64,000 bases of DNA, taken from Dipteris shenzhenensis. Lineage: Eukaryota. Under the pieces are notes generated by a model that saw only the letters and a list, made by a program, of their open reading frames with translations, had not been told where the DNA came from and made no database searches. Of the stretch, positions 1 to 11,999 are shown in pieces; the stretch's first letter is position 1; each line of letters begins with the position of its first letter. The stretch is from assembly GCA_047967505.1 (NCBI GenBank), contig CM106538.1; one strand, given 5' to 3'. Position numbers and translations under genes: made by a program.

Positions 1-3000
1 AAAGAATGGAAAGTCCAGAGACTGAGACAGCTTGGCATGCAAGAAGAGCCTAGGAATCCGAATGGAAGTCCAGAAATAATAAAGGCTTATGCAGAGAGAG
101 AGCCGGTGTCTGTTCCTATGCAGGATGACTCCCTGAAGAAGGACTTGCATGATGCTGTAGAGCTTATGAAATCACTCAGTCTAAATTGACATGGAGCCTG
201 CAGGAAGAGGAAGAGGCCGAGGTGTGCAAAACAACAGGAGAGATATACAGGCTGGGAGTGAAGGAAATACAGCTAGAACAGGTAGAGGACGGGGATACAT
301 GAGCAATGTGAAGTGCTGGAACTGTGGAGAGTGGGGACATATCAGCCCTCATTGTGTTAAGCTAGCAAGAGTAGGTGGAGAAGTTTATCCTATGATGCAG
401 AAGACAAATGATAGATCAGGAGACTTCAATGTGGAAGTGAAGGATCTAAATCAACCCTCTACCAGTGGAGTCAAGTGGGAAGATAAAGGAAAAGGGAAGG
501 CAATCAGCCTGATTAGGGTAGAGACTATTCTGGAGATCATGCCAGTGGCAAAGAGAACAAGAAGTGCAATAGAAGAAAAGGGACCTTCTAGCCAAAAAAG
601 GGAAGCATGTGGAGTTTGATCTCAACCCTCGGTCTCCTAAAAAGAAGAGTAGGAGGCCCAGGAAACATTACAAGACTTCAGATTTGCATATGGATCAAGG
701 ACAAGAGGAATACACACTGATGAATGATTTGAAGGGAAGAACAGCCAATATAACTTTTGCATAGTTACTTGGTTTGTGTCCGAAGCTCAAAAGAGAATGG
801 AAGAAGTTGGCTAATCCCAGGAAAAGTAATGAGCAAGAGCCTACGAGAGGAGAGATGGAGATGATGTCTGTAGAAGATCTTCCAGATTTATGCCCTGCAG
901 TGGATGCATGGTATGGAGGTATGAGTGTCGGCGAGGCAAATGTTGATGGCGGTGCATAGATAAGTGTCATGACTCAGGCATGAATGGAGAGGTTGGGGCT
1001 AAAATTGAATGCGCATTCAGATTTTAGGCTTCAATTGGCAAACCATGCCAAGGTCAAGTGTCTGGGTATATGCACGGGAGTAGTAGTGGATGCTTTTGGG
1101 GTATCCTGTGGCATTAATTGCCACATTATGCCTGCTGGTTTGGGAGCATACCCACTGATTTTGGGCAGACCTTGGCTCAGACAGGTGGGAGCAATACAAA
1201 ACTGGAAGATGACAATTACAGTGCATAATAAGAAAGGAAAGGCCAAGAAATTTGATATGAGCAGTAGACGGGATATAGAAGAAGAACCAGAAGAAACAAG
1301 CATGGAAGAGGAGTCAGATAGTGGGACTGAAGAAGAAAGTACTACATCTGAGGAAAAGGGGCAAGTATCATTTCTGTTGAAGGAATCTGATGCAACTGAG
1401 ATACAAGAAGCTAAGGAGGAAAGTAAGCTTGAAGATATGGATAATTTGATGCAACCCCCACCTTCCCAGACAGAGAGAGAAGAGATATTGCTGTCCATGT
1501 TGAATTCCAGTCTGGAAGAAGTGGAGGAGGAGGAGTATATGAAAGTCATTCATCAATATCCAAAGCTGTTTATTACCTCACATGGAGAGATCAGGGGTTT
1601 CAAATGTGAGCCAATGCACATTGAGCTAAAAGAAGGCAGCAGACCTATTTTTCAGAAGTTGAGGAGGACACACAGAGAGCTTTTACCCGTGCTGAGAGAG
1701 GAGTTGAATAAGTTGCTCAAGGCTGGGCTGATATATCCAGTGGAGCATTCAAATTGGGGCAGTCCAGTGGTAATTATTCCTAAGCATGCAGGAGGATGGA
1801 GAGTATGTATTGACTACAAGCCTCTCAATGCAGTAACTAAAAGCAATCATTATCCTCTTCCTTTTATTGATGATATATTGGATAAAGTGGGAGGGTATGA
1901 GAAATACAGTGTGTGTGATGGATACTCTGGATACTTCCAGATTTCAATTGCCGAGGAGGATCAAATCAAAACTACATTCATCACATCCTAGGGTTGCTTT
2001 TGTTACAGAGTAGTGCCATTTGGATTGAAGAATGCACCGGCATGGTATCAGGAGAATACTGATGAAGTGTTAGCTCCTTTCATTGACAAATTTATGAGAG
2101 CATTTCTGGATGATATATGTGTGTACAGTTCCAAGAGAGAGCATGCATGGAGGCTGGATCAAGTGTTCCACAGAATGGATGAAGCACGAGGACAATTCAA
2201 TCCACGGAAATGTCATTTGGGATGCTCCAAAGTGAAATTACTGAGACATATAGTATCCCAAAATGGCATTGACCCTGATCCAGAGAAAATGAAAGCCCTT
2301 ATCTTACTTCCAGCTCCCTCTACATCAAAACAGTTGCAGACTTTTGTGCAAAAAGTGAAGTATATGACAAGATTCATACATTTAGTCTCTCAGCTGTTAT
2401 ATCCTTTGCAACAAGCTATGAAAGAAGAACCTCTGCAATGGAGTGAGGATTGTGAAGCAGTGTTCAATAGAGTGAAGGAAGTGTTGGGAGAGATTGCTTG
2501 TGTGAAAGCTCCAGATTTCTCTCAGACCTTTTATGTGAACCCTTCATTTGGACCTGATGCTGTGGGAGCCATTTTATTGCAAAAAGGGGAGGAGTCCCGT
2601 TAGATGAGGCCTGTGTATTATGCTAGCAGAGTCAAAACAGAAGCAGAGAGGAGATATACGGAGGCAAAGCTGATTCTGTCAAGCTTGGTGTATGCTTGCA
2701 GGAAGTTCAAGGCATATCTAATCTCAAAGCCATTTGTGGTTTTAACTTGCTACCCTTTATTGCCTCAACTTGTTAATAATTCAACACTTTCTCGAAGCAT
2801 GATGAAATGGTTAGTTGAGCTACAAGAATATACTCTCATTTTTGGTGGAGAGCACTTTCAGAGCCACACTGGCAGATCTGTTAACATACAAAGAGGGCCC
2901 CATTTTGGTAAAGGTAGTAGAGAAGAAGATAGATAAAGAGGAGCATGCTATCATTCCAGGAGCATCTATCTTGCATTTTGATGGCTCATACAGGAAGAGT

Positions 3001-4826
3001 TTACATCAAGCTAATGGAGGCTATGTGATTACTGATTCAGAGAGCAAGCTGATTCAAAAGGAAGGAGTCCATCTCGAAGCCGGAAGTAATAATGAGGCGG
3101 AGTATGCAGCATTATATGAGGGGTTGATGGCTGCACTTAAGCTGAAGATTCAGAAGATAATGATCAAGGGAGATTCTCTACTTGTTGTAAAGTAGGTTCT
3201 AGGAAGTTGGCAAGCAAGAAACCCGATGTTGAGAGGGTATCTAAAGTAAAAAGGCTGCTTCAACAATTTACAGCATGGAATATCCAGCATGTGCGAAGGG
3301 AGGATAATCAAATGGCACATGAATTGGCTCAGGAGATGAGTGACCAAGATCCAATGATAGCAAAGCTTGAAGATCCACTGTACAGAGGGAGAGAATTCCT
3401 GGCTCAAATAGTGGATTTCTTACTTACTGGACATCTACCTCGGGAGCTTAAGAAGAGTCAAAAATATCACTTCATACGGAAGAGCAGACAGTATATGATG
3501 ATTGATGATGAGCTTTACATGAAAGGAGCTGATCAAATTTTGAGAAGAGTACCCTGAGAGAAGAAATATATTATATACTGTCATCCAACCATGAAGGAGC
3601 TTGTGGAGGACACTATGCTTTTGAGATCACACTGCAAAAAATACTTCTGGAGGGTTATGTGTGGCCTTCAATACAGAAGGATGTACAGCATTGGTGCAGA
3701 TCCTGCCATGAATGTCAGCGGATGGGAAAAAGAATTCTTAAAATAAAGCCAAGAAATATTATGCTGGTTTATGATATTTTTGAAAGATGGGGGATAGATG
3801 CAATTGGTCCTCTGCCCAGAACTGCCAAAGGGAAATGTTATATGCTAACTGCAGTGGAGTATTTATCAAAATGGGCAGAGGTGAAGGCAATAAAGAGAGT
3901 GGATAGCAAAGGGGTTGCTGATTTTATATATGAACACATATGCTGCAGATTTTATATATGAACACATATGCTGCAGATTTGGGATTCCTTTGGAGCTACT
4001 TTCAGATAGTGGTCCTGGATTCAGAAGAGAAGTGATAGATTATTTATGCAGCAAGCTGAATATAAATCACAAGTATATCACCCCATACTACCCTCAGTGC
4101 AATGGATTGAATGAGAATTTTAATGGGGATTTCAAATTGATGATGACTAAGATGACTGGGAGCCAAACCAAAAACTGGGATTTAGAGATGAATAGAGTTT
4201 TGTGGGCATACAGGGTAGCGGTGAAGCATAGCACTCAATTCTCTCCATTTCATTTGGTGTATGGGAAAGAAGCAATTCTGCCATTGGATGTAGAGATACC
4301 AGCTTTGAAATTTTTAGTTGAAGAAGGATATGAGCCTGTAGACAGTTACAGGGAGAGGTTACTAGCACTGCAGGTAGTGCAGTTAGATAGGGATTTGGCT
4401 TTTGAGCATTATGCCAGAGTGCAAATGCGGAGGCAAGAATTGGAAAATGCAAAAATCAAGAAAAAAGAAATTGAAGATGGAGACTTGGTTCTCAGATACA
4501 ATAGCAAACTGGATAGTACATTTCATACTACTTTTCAAACCAAGTGGGAAGGTCCATACAGAGTGGAGAAGAAATTTGAAAATGGAACTTACCAATTGAC
4601 TGATTTAGATGGTAAAAAACAAAAGAAGAGAGTCAATGGTGTCTGGTTGAAGAAATACTTCGCACGGTTGATGGTAGCACTGAAAGAAGAGGATCATGAA
4701 GATAATGAGCTGTGGCAGAATCAATGGAAGTCAGTGCAAAGTGAAAAAGAAGAAAATTTGGATCTGTCATCTCTTTTTGGCTCACTACTGGAAATGAATG
4801 TCACAGCAGAAGAGTGGGGTTGCTAA
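1..4826 (+). mobile_element. Ty3/gypsy (Tat-lineage-like) LTR retrotransposon gag-pol, pseudogenised and 5'-truncated by window edge
   Basis: Domains in order: Gag zinc knuckle CWNCGEWGHISPHC (~313-354); protease ANVDGGA / LILGRPWL; RT WGSPVVIIPK...RVCIDYKPLN, MPFGLKNAP, FLDD; RNase H PVYYASR; second RNase H LHFDGS / NNEAEY / KGDS; integrase H..GGH / CRSCHEC, WGIDAIGP, YYPQCNG, WEGPY. Broken by several stops and frameshifts. Confidence 0.95.
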
Positions 4827-6847
4827 AGGTGTGCGAAGATTTTTGAAAACCCCAAACTTGTCTTGTACATATGTACATGTGTGATGTTCAACTTATGTGT
4901 GTGCTTGCTGGCTGCTGGCATTCAATGAGATTTTGTGTAAGCAGTTTTCGAGTCCTCCATAATATCCAGAGTTGGGAATGTGTGCATTAAGTGACTTGGT
5001 CTAAGTTTTGTGGGAAGCCTTGGGAGTGGTAAAAAGGCACATATGAGGTGGCTAATTCAGAATGGGGCTGGAATCAAAAAGGTATCCATACATGTGGCTA
5101 TGTAATAGAGGAGGGAAGCTTCTTGTTGAGGAGCGAGCATGTACGTGAAGCTTGGGCATGAAGGAGAATTCGGGAAGTTTTCCGGAACGCACAGGGAATA
5201 GACACGCAAGTGGAGAGGGAAAAGAAGAGGTGGATGGAGTTCTGAAAAAGGTCTCTACTAGGCAGGCGGTGAGGATCTCAGTGAAGGGGGGAGAGCTTCG
5301 GGAGAGGGTCATTGCCACTATACAGTAGGGAGGATTGTAAGTTACGGAGAAGGTACTCCTGGATGGAGCTGTTGCGACACTATGCATGCGGGCTGTTGCT
5401 TCCGGACGGGAGAGGGACTTGACGACTGAAAGGCTGTAGCAGTTGGTGGTGGCTAGAGGATCATGGCGACGCGGGTGTACTGCAAGCTCATCGTGAAGGT
5501 GAGGCCATGTCTAAAGCAGGAAGAGCCACGGAAGAGCACAGAAGGTAGCTCTGTTGGGTCGTCATGCAGCAAATGACCTTGGATTATAGGCTTTGCTGAA
5601 GAGGTCGATGGATGCTTGGAAGGGGGAAAAGCAGAGAAAAAGAGGCATTTTCAGCACGCCCTGATCTGGAGAGCTGGAGGGAGCAAGGAGCCTGGTCAGA
5701 GATGCTTGCAGGTGAGCCTGGAGTGCAATTTTCGAGCAGAGCTGAACTTGCATCCTGGAGGCTGTGGACAACGAGCTCTTGGCAGAGGGAGCATTTCCAT
5801 CGCGGGAAGTTGCTGTTTTTTGCTATCCCTGGGTGTCAGAAGAAGTAAGCAATCGTGAATTTGCTGAAATCAAGTGTCGGAAGCAAGAGGGAAGCAGGGC
5901 AATCAGATTTTTGTTCAGAAACGGAGCCAGGACAGTCACGAAAGAAGGGCAACCTGATTTGTGGGAGGAAGTGCTGCTGATTTTGCATGCTGAAGGAGCT
6001 AGAAGCTGGGAGATTTCAAAAAGGTGGTTCCTGGTCAGTAGAACTTGCAGACAGAGGTGAAGAGAGTGAGGTCGATTTCAGATTTGGTTGTTTTCTTGCT
6101 GCCCGAAGTTTGTACTAGCTGGAATTCACTGCCTGGGTAAAAAGGAATGCATAAACAGTTGTTATTTGGCTGATATTCACCAGAAGAAGTGGGCTGCTAC
6201 TGTGTTTCGTGAAGAGGGAGGCAGTAGGAACTTGCTGAAAAATACAAAAATCAGACCTGTTTTGGTGTGAGGAGGTTGTTGGCAATAGGAAGAGGCTCCA
6301 GGTTCTTGAAGAATTTTCAGTTCAGATTTTATGTGGGTCAGGGGAGAAGCCACAGGAGGAGATTTGGACAGGAAAGTTGCAGTTTTTTGTCATTTCGAGC
6401 TCTTTTTTGATAAATACAGTTTGCCGTAATTGTTTTGAGGTGTTCTCGAGGTGTTGTGGGCCAGGAGCTTCGGAAAAGAGGTGTTTTCTGAATTTCTAAG
6501 TTGGCTGCAGCAAAACAGCAGCAGAAGGGGTGAAACAGGAGTTGTTTTGTGGAGTCTGGAGTCAAATATATGCAAGTTTTGAAGCGGAACTATGTGGCCT
6601 TGTTGTAGCAAAGAATCTGTGATCTTTTGATGCTAGAGAGTGTATCAAATCAGACTGGAATTGAGCTGATTTGTAAGTTGAATATAGTCTCATGTGTGGG
6701 ATCACTCTGGACGGGTTTTCCTGTGGAGTTTTGTGTAAAGAGTCAAAGCTGAAACTGAGTTTTTGTATACATGCTTGAAATAAAGTCTGTTGATATCTCT
6801 GGGTGTTTAGTTCTGGGTGAGTTTGTTCTGCGTGTGAGAGTGTGACA
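4821..6847 (+). repeat. Putative 3' LTR of the gypsy element
   Basis: Purine tract GAAGAGTGGGG (4809-4819) followed by TG at 4821; AATAAA near 6779; GT-rich tail ending TGTGACA at 6847, after which unrelated LINE sequence begins. The partner LTR is not in the window, so the boundaries are unverified. Confidence 0.45.
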
Positions 6848-6899
6848 CGCTATAAAGGCGCTATACCGCTTCCGTGTCATCAACGTCCACATGTACAAG

Positions 6900-7250
6900 A
6901 CCTAGTGGGCACCTAGCGAGCTTCCGATGAAGCTTAGCTTTTATAGAGAGTAGTGTCTACAGATCTCACAGTAATGTTTCATCGACCCGCCTGGCTACAC
7001 TTGGATACACCTCACCCACAATTTGAGGATCTCAATCAGGCGATTTCACACTTCTTCTCACAAACTAAGCATTGAGACTAGACGGGCTAAGGGAATCCCT
7101 TAGGAGGGCCACATTTGCACTATATGTCACATGCGGGAAATTCAATCAGAGGAGCACTTTGCTTTCAAATATACATATACTGGAGGTTGAGCTGGAGAAG
7201 CACGTTGTTTTTAGATGTACTATGTAATATGAAATCCATAGAAATGGATT
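6900..7250 (+). mobile_element. LINE (RTE/L2-like) ORF2 C-terminal remnant
   Basis: Translation ...RRFHTSSHKLSIETRRAKGIP*EGHICTICH...EEHF resembles the RFRxSSHxLxIExGR...CxxC...EEHF C-terminal motif of non-LTR retrotransposon RTs. Confidence 0.6.
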
Positions 7251-7746
7251 CAGACCCTTTCCAACCTCCTAGTTCATCCAGATCAGAGGCGGTAGCGATT
7301 TTTTTCTCCATGAGTCCTTAGGATACAGAGACCTACTACTCAGGAGATAGAGACAAGTCGGAATCCAAAGAGAGAGTAAATATTGGTTTTTTCAATAAGG
7401 TGGAACAGGCCACCAATCCCCACGGAGATGACACAATCGAGACCCTAAAAGTGACACGACAAGACCCACCAGTGCCTCCACCCACACATAAGGCTTGGAG
7501 ATCTTCCTCTATGTTCATTGGCTCGAAAAGACAATTGACTAGGGTGACAATCACAGTTACGCTGAAACGCGTTTCAGAGCCCAGCCAGGCCTAAAACGCC
7601 ATTTCAGAGAAGCCCCGTGTCCTGAAACACGTTTCAAGGTCTGAAACGTTTCAGGACCCTGAAACGGCTGGCTGAAACATTTCAGCCAGTCTGAAACGCG
7701 TTTCAGAGAACTGAAACGGGCCGTTTCAGACAACACAGGCTGCTAG

Positions 7747-10160
7747 TGTTAAGCAACTAGCAATCCCCAATTTTTGGGGCAAACATACCAGTCTGCAAGC
7801 CAGCCAAAAGGTCAGCCAGCAGGGGTCTGGCCAACCAGAACTGGCCGACCAGCAGCCAGCAGGGGTCTGGCCGACCAGAACTGGCCAACCAGCTGGCCGA
7901 CCAGCTGGCAGGCCCACCGACCAGCTGGCCGACCAGCTAGGTCAGGCCTATAAAGGCACTAGCCCCCACACTCTCAGTGACTGGACAGGACCTGGAGCTG
8001 CTCCTCATCTCCTCCATCCTTTGCTGCAGCCCCGCCTGCTCCAGTTCTGCTTTCTGCCATCTTCTCCTACCTCAGGACAGGACCTGCAGCTGCTCTACAC
8101 ATCCTCCATCCTTTGCTGCAGTCCCTTCTACTCCAGATCTGCCCCCCCTTGCTCCAGATCTGTCCCTTCTGCTCCTCTGCTCCAGATCTGCTCCTTCTGC
8201 CCCAGATTTGCTCCTTTTCTTCATCATGTTGCTATTCCAGATAGCCTGAAGGTTCCTTCCTCAGAGCATGCTGGTTTTCAGCCATTTCCTAGGCAGCTCC
8301 AGCCCTTCATCATCTTCGTCATCATCAAGCTACACGGAGGACTGCGTTTTGCTCCCTCTGCTGCTATCATTTTCTACTGTTTCTCTATATGGAATCATCT
8401 TTCTCATTCACCTCAGCCACGATCTTTGAGACACGACGGCTTGAGGTCCTTGTATTCAGTTTTTCATATTACCGACAGGCACTATGTTTTCTGAGTTCCG
8501 TTCTTCAGTTGTGTCTGAGTATTGTCTATTTTTTATCGCTCCACTGCAAACCCTATCGTTTCTCTATATGGTATCAGAGCCATGGTGATCTAAAGACCCC
8601 AGATCTCTGGTGATCTAAAGATCCTGCTTCTTCAAGGAGGCCATAGGTACGGGGAGCATCACTCCTATGAACATATCAGTTTCCTCTTCATTCCGCTGCG
8701 CACCATCCCTCCCTCCCTTTCAGAACTCCATCTTCTACTCCCATCCCTCCCTCCCTTTCTTACCTCCATCTTCTACACCCATCCCTCCCTCCCTTTTCGG
8801 TTTCAGGCTTGACACTCCCCATTCCTTCGAACAAGGAGGTCATGATCCTTCACCTCTACCAGATCTCCATCGGCATCGACTTCCAGGATCTACAAGTTCT
8901 CCCTAGGAAGGACCCTTTCTGTTCAGATGTGTCTTGATGACTGTTGTTTCGAATTCTTCTACATTCATGGAGGCGGGGATAGACTCCTCTCTCCCGAGGT
9001 TCAAGATCGGGCACACACTGGATCACTGTTCAGCTCCGACCTCTTCCTTTGGTGAAATCCTACCATCTCTGGATTATCAGTGCTGCTACGACATATTTGT
9101 CCTTTACTTTTGCTTTTCCCTCCACCTTTCGGCAGTGAGAGAGGGTGGCTTATTCTCTCGAGCTTCACAGTGTTCTTATTTCTGCTGATCATACGTGTAA
9201 CTCAAGCACTTGAGGAAGTGAACAATTCCCTTGCAAAGGCACTCCTCTTGTGATCATCTCTTGGGCATTTCACAGGGATAGCCACCATCATCGACGACAT
9301 CCCTACACGAAGCTCCAAGCACACAAAGTCTGCCCCTCTAAATTGGCAATTGAGAGCGGGTGTTAAGCAACTAGCAATCCCCAATTTCTGGGGCAAACAT
9401 ACCAGTCTGCAGGCCAGCCAAAAGGTCAGCCAGCAGGGGTCTGGCCAACCAGAACTAGCCGACCAGCAGCCAGCAAGGGTCTGGCCGACCAGAACTGGCC
9501 AACCAGCTGGCAGGCCCACCGACCAGCTGGCCGACCAGCTAGGTCAGGCCTATAAAGGCACTAGCCCCCACACTCTCAGTGACTGGACAGGACCTAGAGC
9601 TGCTCCTCATCTCCTCCATCCTTTGTTGCAGCCCCGCCTGCTCCAGTTCTGCTTTCTGCCATCTTCTCCTACCTCAGGACAGGACCTACACCTCCTCCAT
9701 CCTTTGCTGCAGTCCCTTCTACTCCAGATCTGCCCCCCCTTGCTCCAGATCTGTCCCTTCTGCTCCTCTACTCCAGATCTGCTCCTTCTGCCCCAGATCT
9801 GCTCCTTTTCTTCATCATGTTGCTATTCCAGATAGCCTGAAGGTTCCTTCCTCAGAGCATGCTGGTTTTCAGCCGTTTCCTAGGGCAGCTCCAGCCCTTC
9901 ATCATCTTCGTCATCATCAAGCTACACGGAGGACTGCGTTTCGCTCCCTCTGCTGCTATCATTTTCTACTGTTTCTCTATATGGAATCATCTTTCTCATT
10001 CACCTCAGCCACGATCTTTGAGACACGACGGCTTGAGGTTCTTGTATTCAGTTTTTCATATTACTGACACGCACTATGTTTTCTGAGTTCCGTTCTTCAG
10101 TTGTGTCTGAGTATTGTCTATTTTTTATCGCTCCACTGCAAACCCTATCGTTTCTCTATA
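7747..10160 (+). mobile_element. Complete non-autonomous LTR retroelement (no coding capacity; TRIM/LARD-like)
   Basis: LTRs 7747-8568 and 9361-10160 (~98% identical by manual count); 5-bp TSD GCTAG (7742-7746, 10161-10165); PBS TGGTATCAGAGCC at 8569-8581; PPT GAGAGCGGG at 9352-9360; ~790-bp internal region with no gag/pol motifs. Confidence 0.95.
8569..8581 (+). promoter_or_regulatory. Primer binding site complementary to tRNA-iMet 3' end
   Basis: TGGTATCAGAGCC immediately after the 5' LTR; canonical plant LTR-retrotransposon PBS. Confidence 0.9.
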
Positions 10161-11623
10161 GCTAGGTCTCCAAAATGACGCGAAATCCGCCGCCAATCCC
10201 GTTTTTGGTCTTTTTGATTTCGATTTTGGCCTCCTTCCACTCCTTCAGCCTCATACTCTCTCCATCCTCAAGGTTTTCCATCCCTCCTTGAGCCCCATTC
10301 ACTCCTTTCCTCTCCTTTCTCTCCTGCAAGCTGCTTTAGCCCTCCATCATCATCTACTCCCCTCCAGCCCACTCCTTCAGCCCTCTCTTTCAGCCATCTG
10401 CCACTTTCAAGTTTCAGCCCTCTATTTCAACCCTTGGCTCTCTTTCAAGCTGTAGGCTATAGCATTCTAAATGTGTGTGTTCTCATCTCAAAACCCCCTT
10501 TTCTAAACCCCCCTTGCTGACATGGCATTTCCCCGTTTCAGTCCTCCCAAAAATCCCGAAACGTTTCCGTTTCCGTTTCCGTTCCCCGTTTCCCCGTTTC
10601 TCTTCCCCTAACTCTGGTGACAATGGCACTTGTCCGAACGGGGCAAGCTACCACAAAAGGCTACTCAAGTCCATCCCTTGCAGCACCCCATCATGGATTT
10701 TATCTCTCATCAATACCATCCTTCGCCAAAGCCACTGTCCATTGAGACCTTCCTGTCCATTCTTAGCCAGCCAATGGATCTAGTCCCTCAGACAACATAC
10801 AAAGGATCCGTCACATAGGTGGATAGCCATTTTTTTCAGCTCCCCCCAATAGTGAGCTCTCCACGGCTTTTCCCTAGTTCACTGATATGATATGATATGT
10901 ACTCTCCCCCCACAGTGACATTTCTTGAATGTGGATGGCCCCACCCCTTCAGGTTTTCTCATTGTATCTGGTTTTTTAACTCTCATAGACCCCTTCAGTC
11001 TTTCAAAGACTAAGACTTTCTTTCTTTCTTTCTCAATCTCATTCAACAACCTACATCTCCTATTAATGTGGAGACTTGGGATTGTATTCTAAAGGAATCA
11101 TCTAATTGACTTTCCCCATCCCAAAATAAGCAACTGTCGTAAGTGTTTCGATGTTTAATGTCGTGGGGAGATGAGATCTTCTTCTAATAGTGTGCTTCCA
11201 TTTGCATACCCATTTCTGCTGTGAGAGCATATTACCCTTGAATGTCGAGAGCAAAGAACACCAACCACAAAACTCTCTACTTGCAAAATATCCCTTACAT
11301 ATCCTCGAGATATCCCTTACGTTGTACTTTTGTGGGTCACCATAAAACACAAATCCAGGTGCACTCACCACAATTCTTTACTTCCAGCCATGCACATTGT
11401 GTTAGACCTTGGAAGGGTAAAGGTTGACTTTTGTTATCTGGTTTCTTTGTTATGTTAGCGTTTTAGTATGTTCAATCTGTATTTTCGGATCGAGCTCAAG
11501 TAGCTCATGACCTAAGGTCAAGATTGTCCCAGCATTCGTATGTATTTGAGCTGACTTTACTCATTCTGTGTTGGATCAGATGCCAATGTCAAGCCAGTCC
11601 ACATCGCACACTCTATCATTCAC

Positions 11624-11937
11624 GATTACATATGTGCATCCTGTCTTCAAATCCACAGACCTACCATCCACATATGTGTTTCAATCCCCAGATTTAGCCG
11701 TGAAAGAGTGCATGAAGAATGGTATGTATCATGATTGGTATAAAATATGGAAACATAGCAAAAATTCAAGCTAGCCAGATTTCAGGATTACATATGTGCA
11801 TCCTGTCTTCAAATCCACAGACCTACCATCCACATATGTGTTTCAATCCCCAGATTTAGCCGTGAAAGAGTGCATGAAGAATGGTATGTATCATGATTGG
11901 TATAAAATATGGAAAAAATTCAAGCAAGCCAGATTTC
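11624..11937. repeat. Tandem duplication, ~162-bp unit, two copies
   Basis: GATTACATATGTGCATCCTGTCTTCAAATCC... starts at 11624 and 11786; near-identical with a short deletion in copy 2. Confidence 0.95.
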
Positions 11938-11999
11938 TACTGTGGTGCATCTAATAGCAAAAGAACTGACAGCAAACGTAAGTGTCATAATTGGATTAC

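Larger units (their letters stand above)
7552..10616. mobile_element. Non-autonomous hAT-type DNA transposon (MITE, ~650 bp once the nested LTR element is removed)
   Basis: Perfect 8-bp TSD GTGACAAT at 7544-7551 and 10617-10624; termini CACAGTTA / TAACTCTG (imperfect TIR); subterminal arrays of GAAACG/CGTTTC motifs at 7561-7730 and 10530-10600. Confidence 0.88.

Noticed and set aside
5052-6270. Possible extra or antisense ORF (env-like) downstream of gypsy pol
   Set aside because: Short ORFs in several frames with no recognisable motif or transmembrane pattern; the region may be LTR. Cannot be supported without other copies.
7561-7730. Repeated palindromes resembling a CRISPR array or bacterial REP elements
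   Set aside because: Irregular spacing, no unique spacers of constant length, eukaryotic context; better explained as hAT subterminal repeats.
7726-10086. Duplicated 60-160-aa ORFs in the LTR element
   Set aside because: They fall in low-complexity LTR sequence, and indels between the two LTRs shift their frames; no domain motifs.
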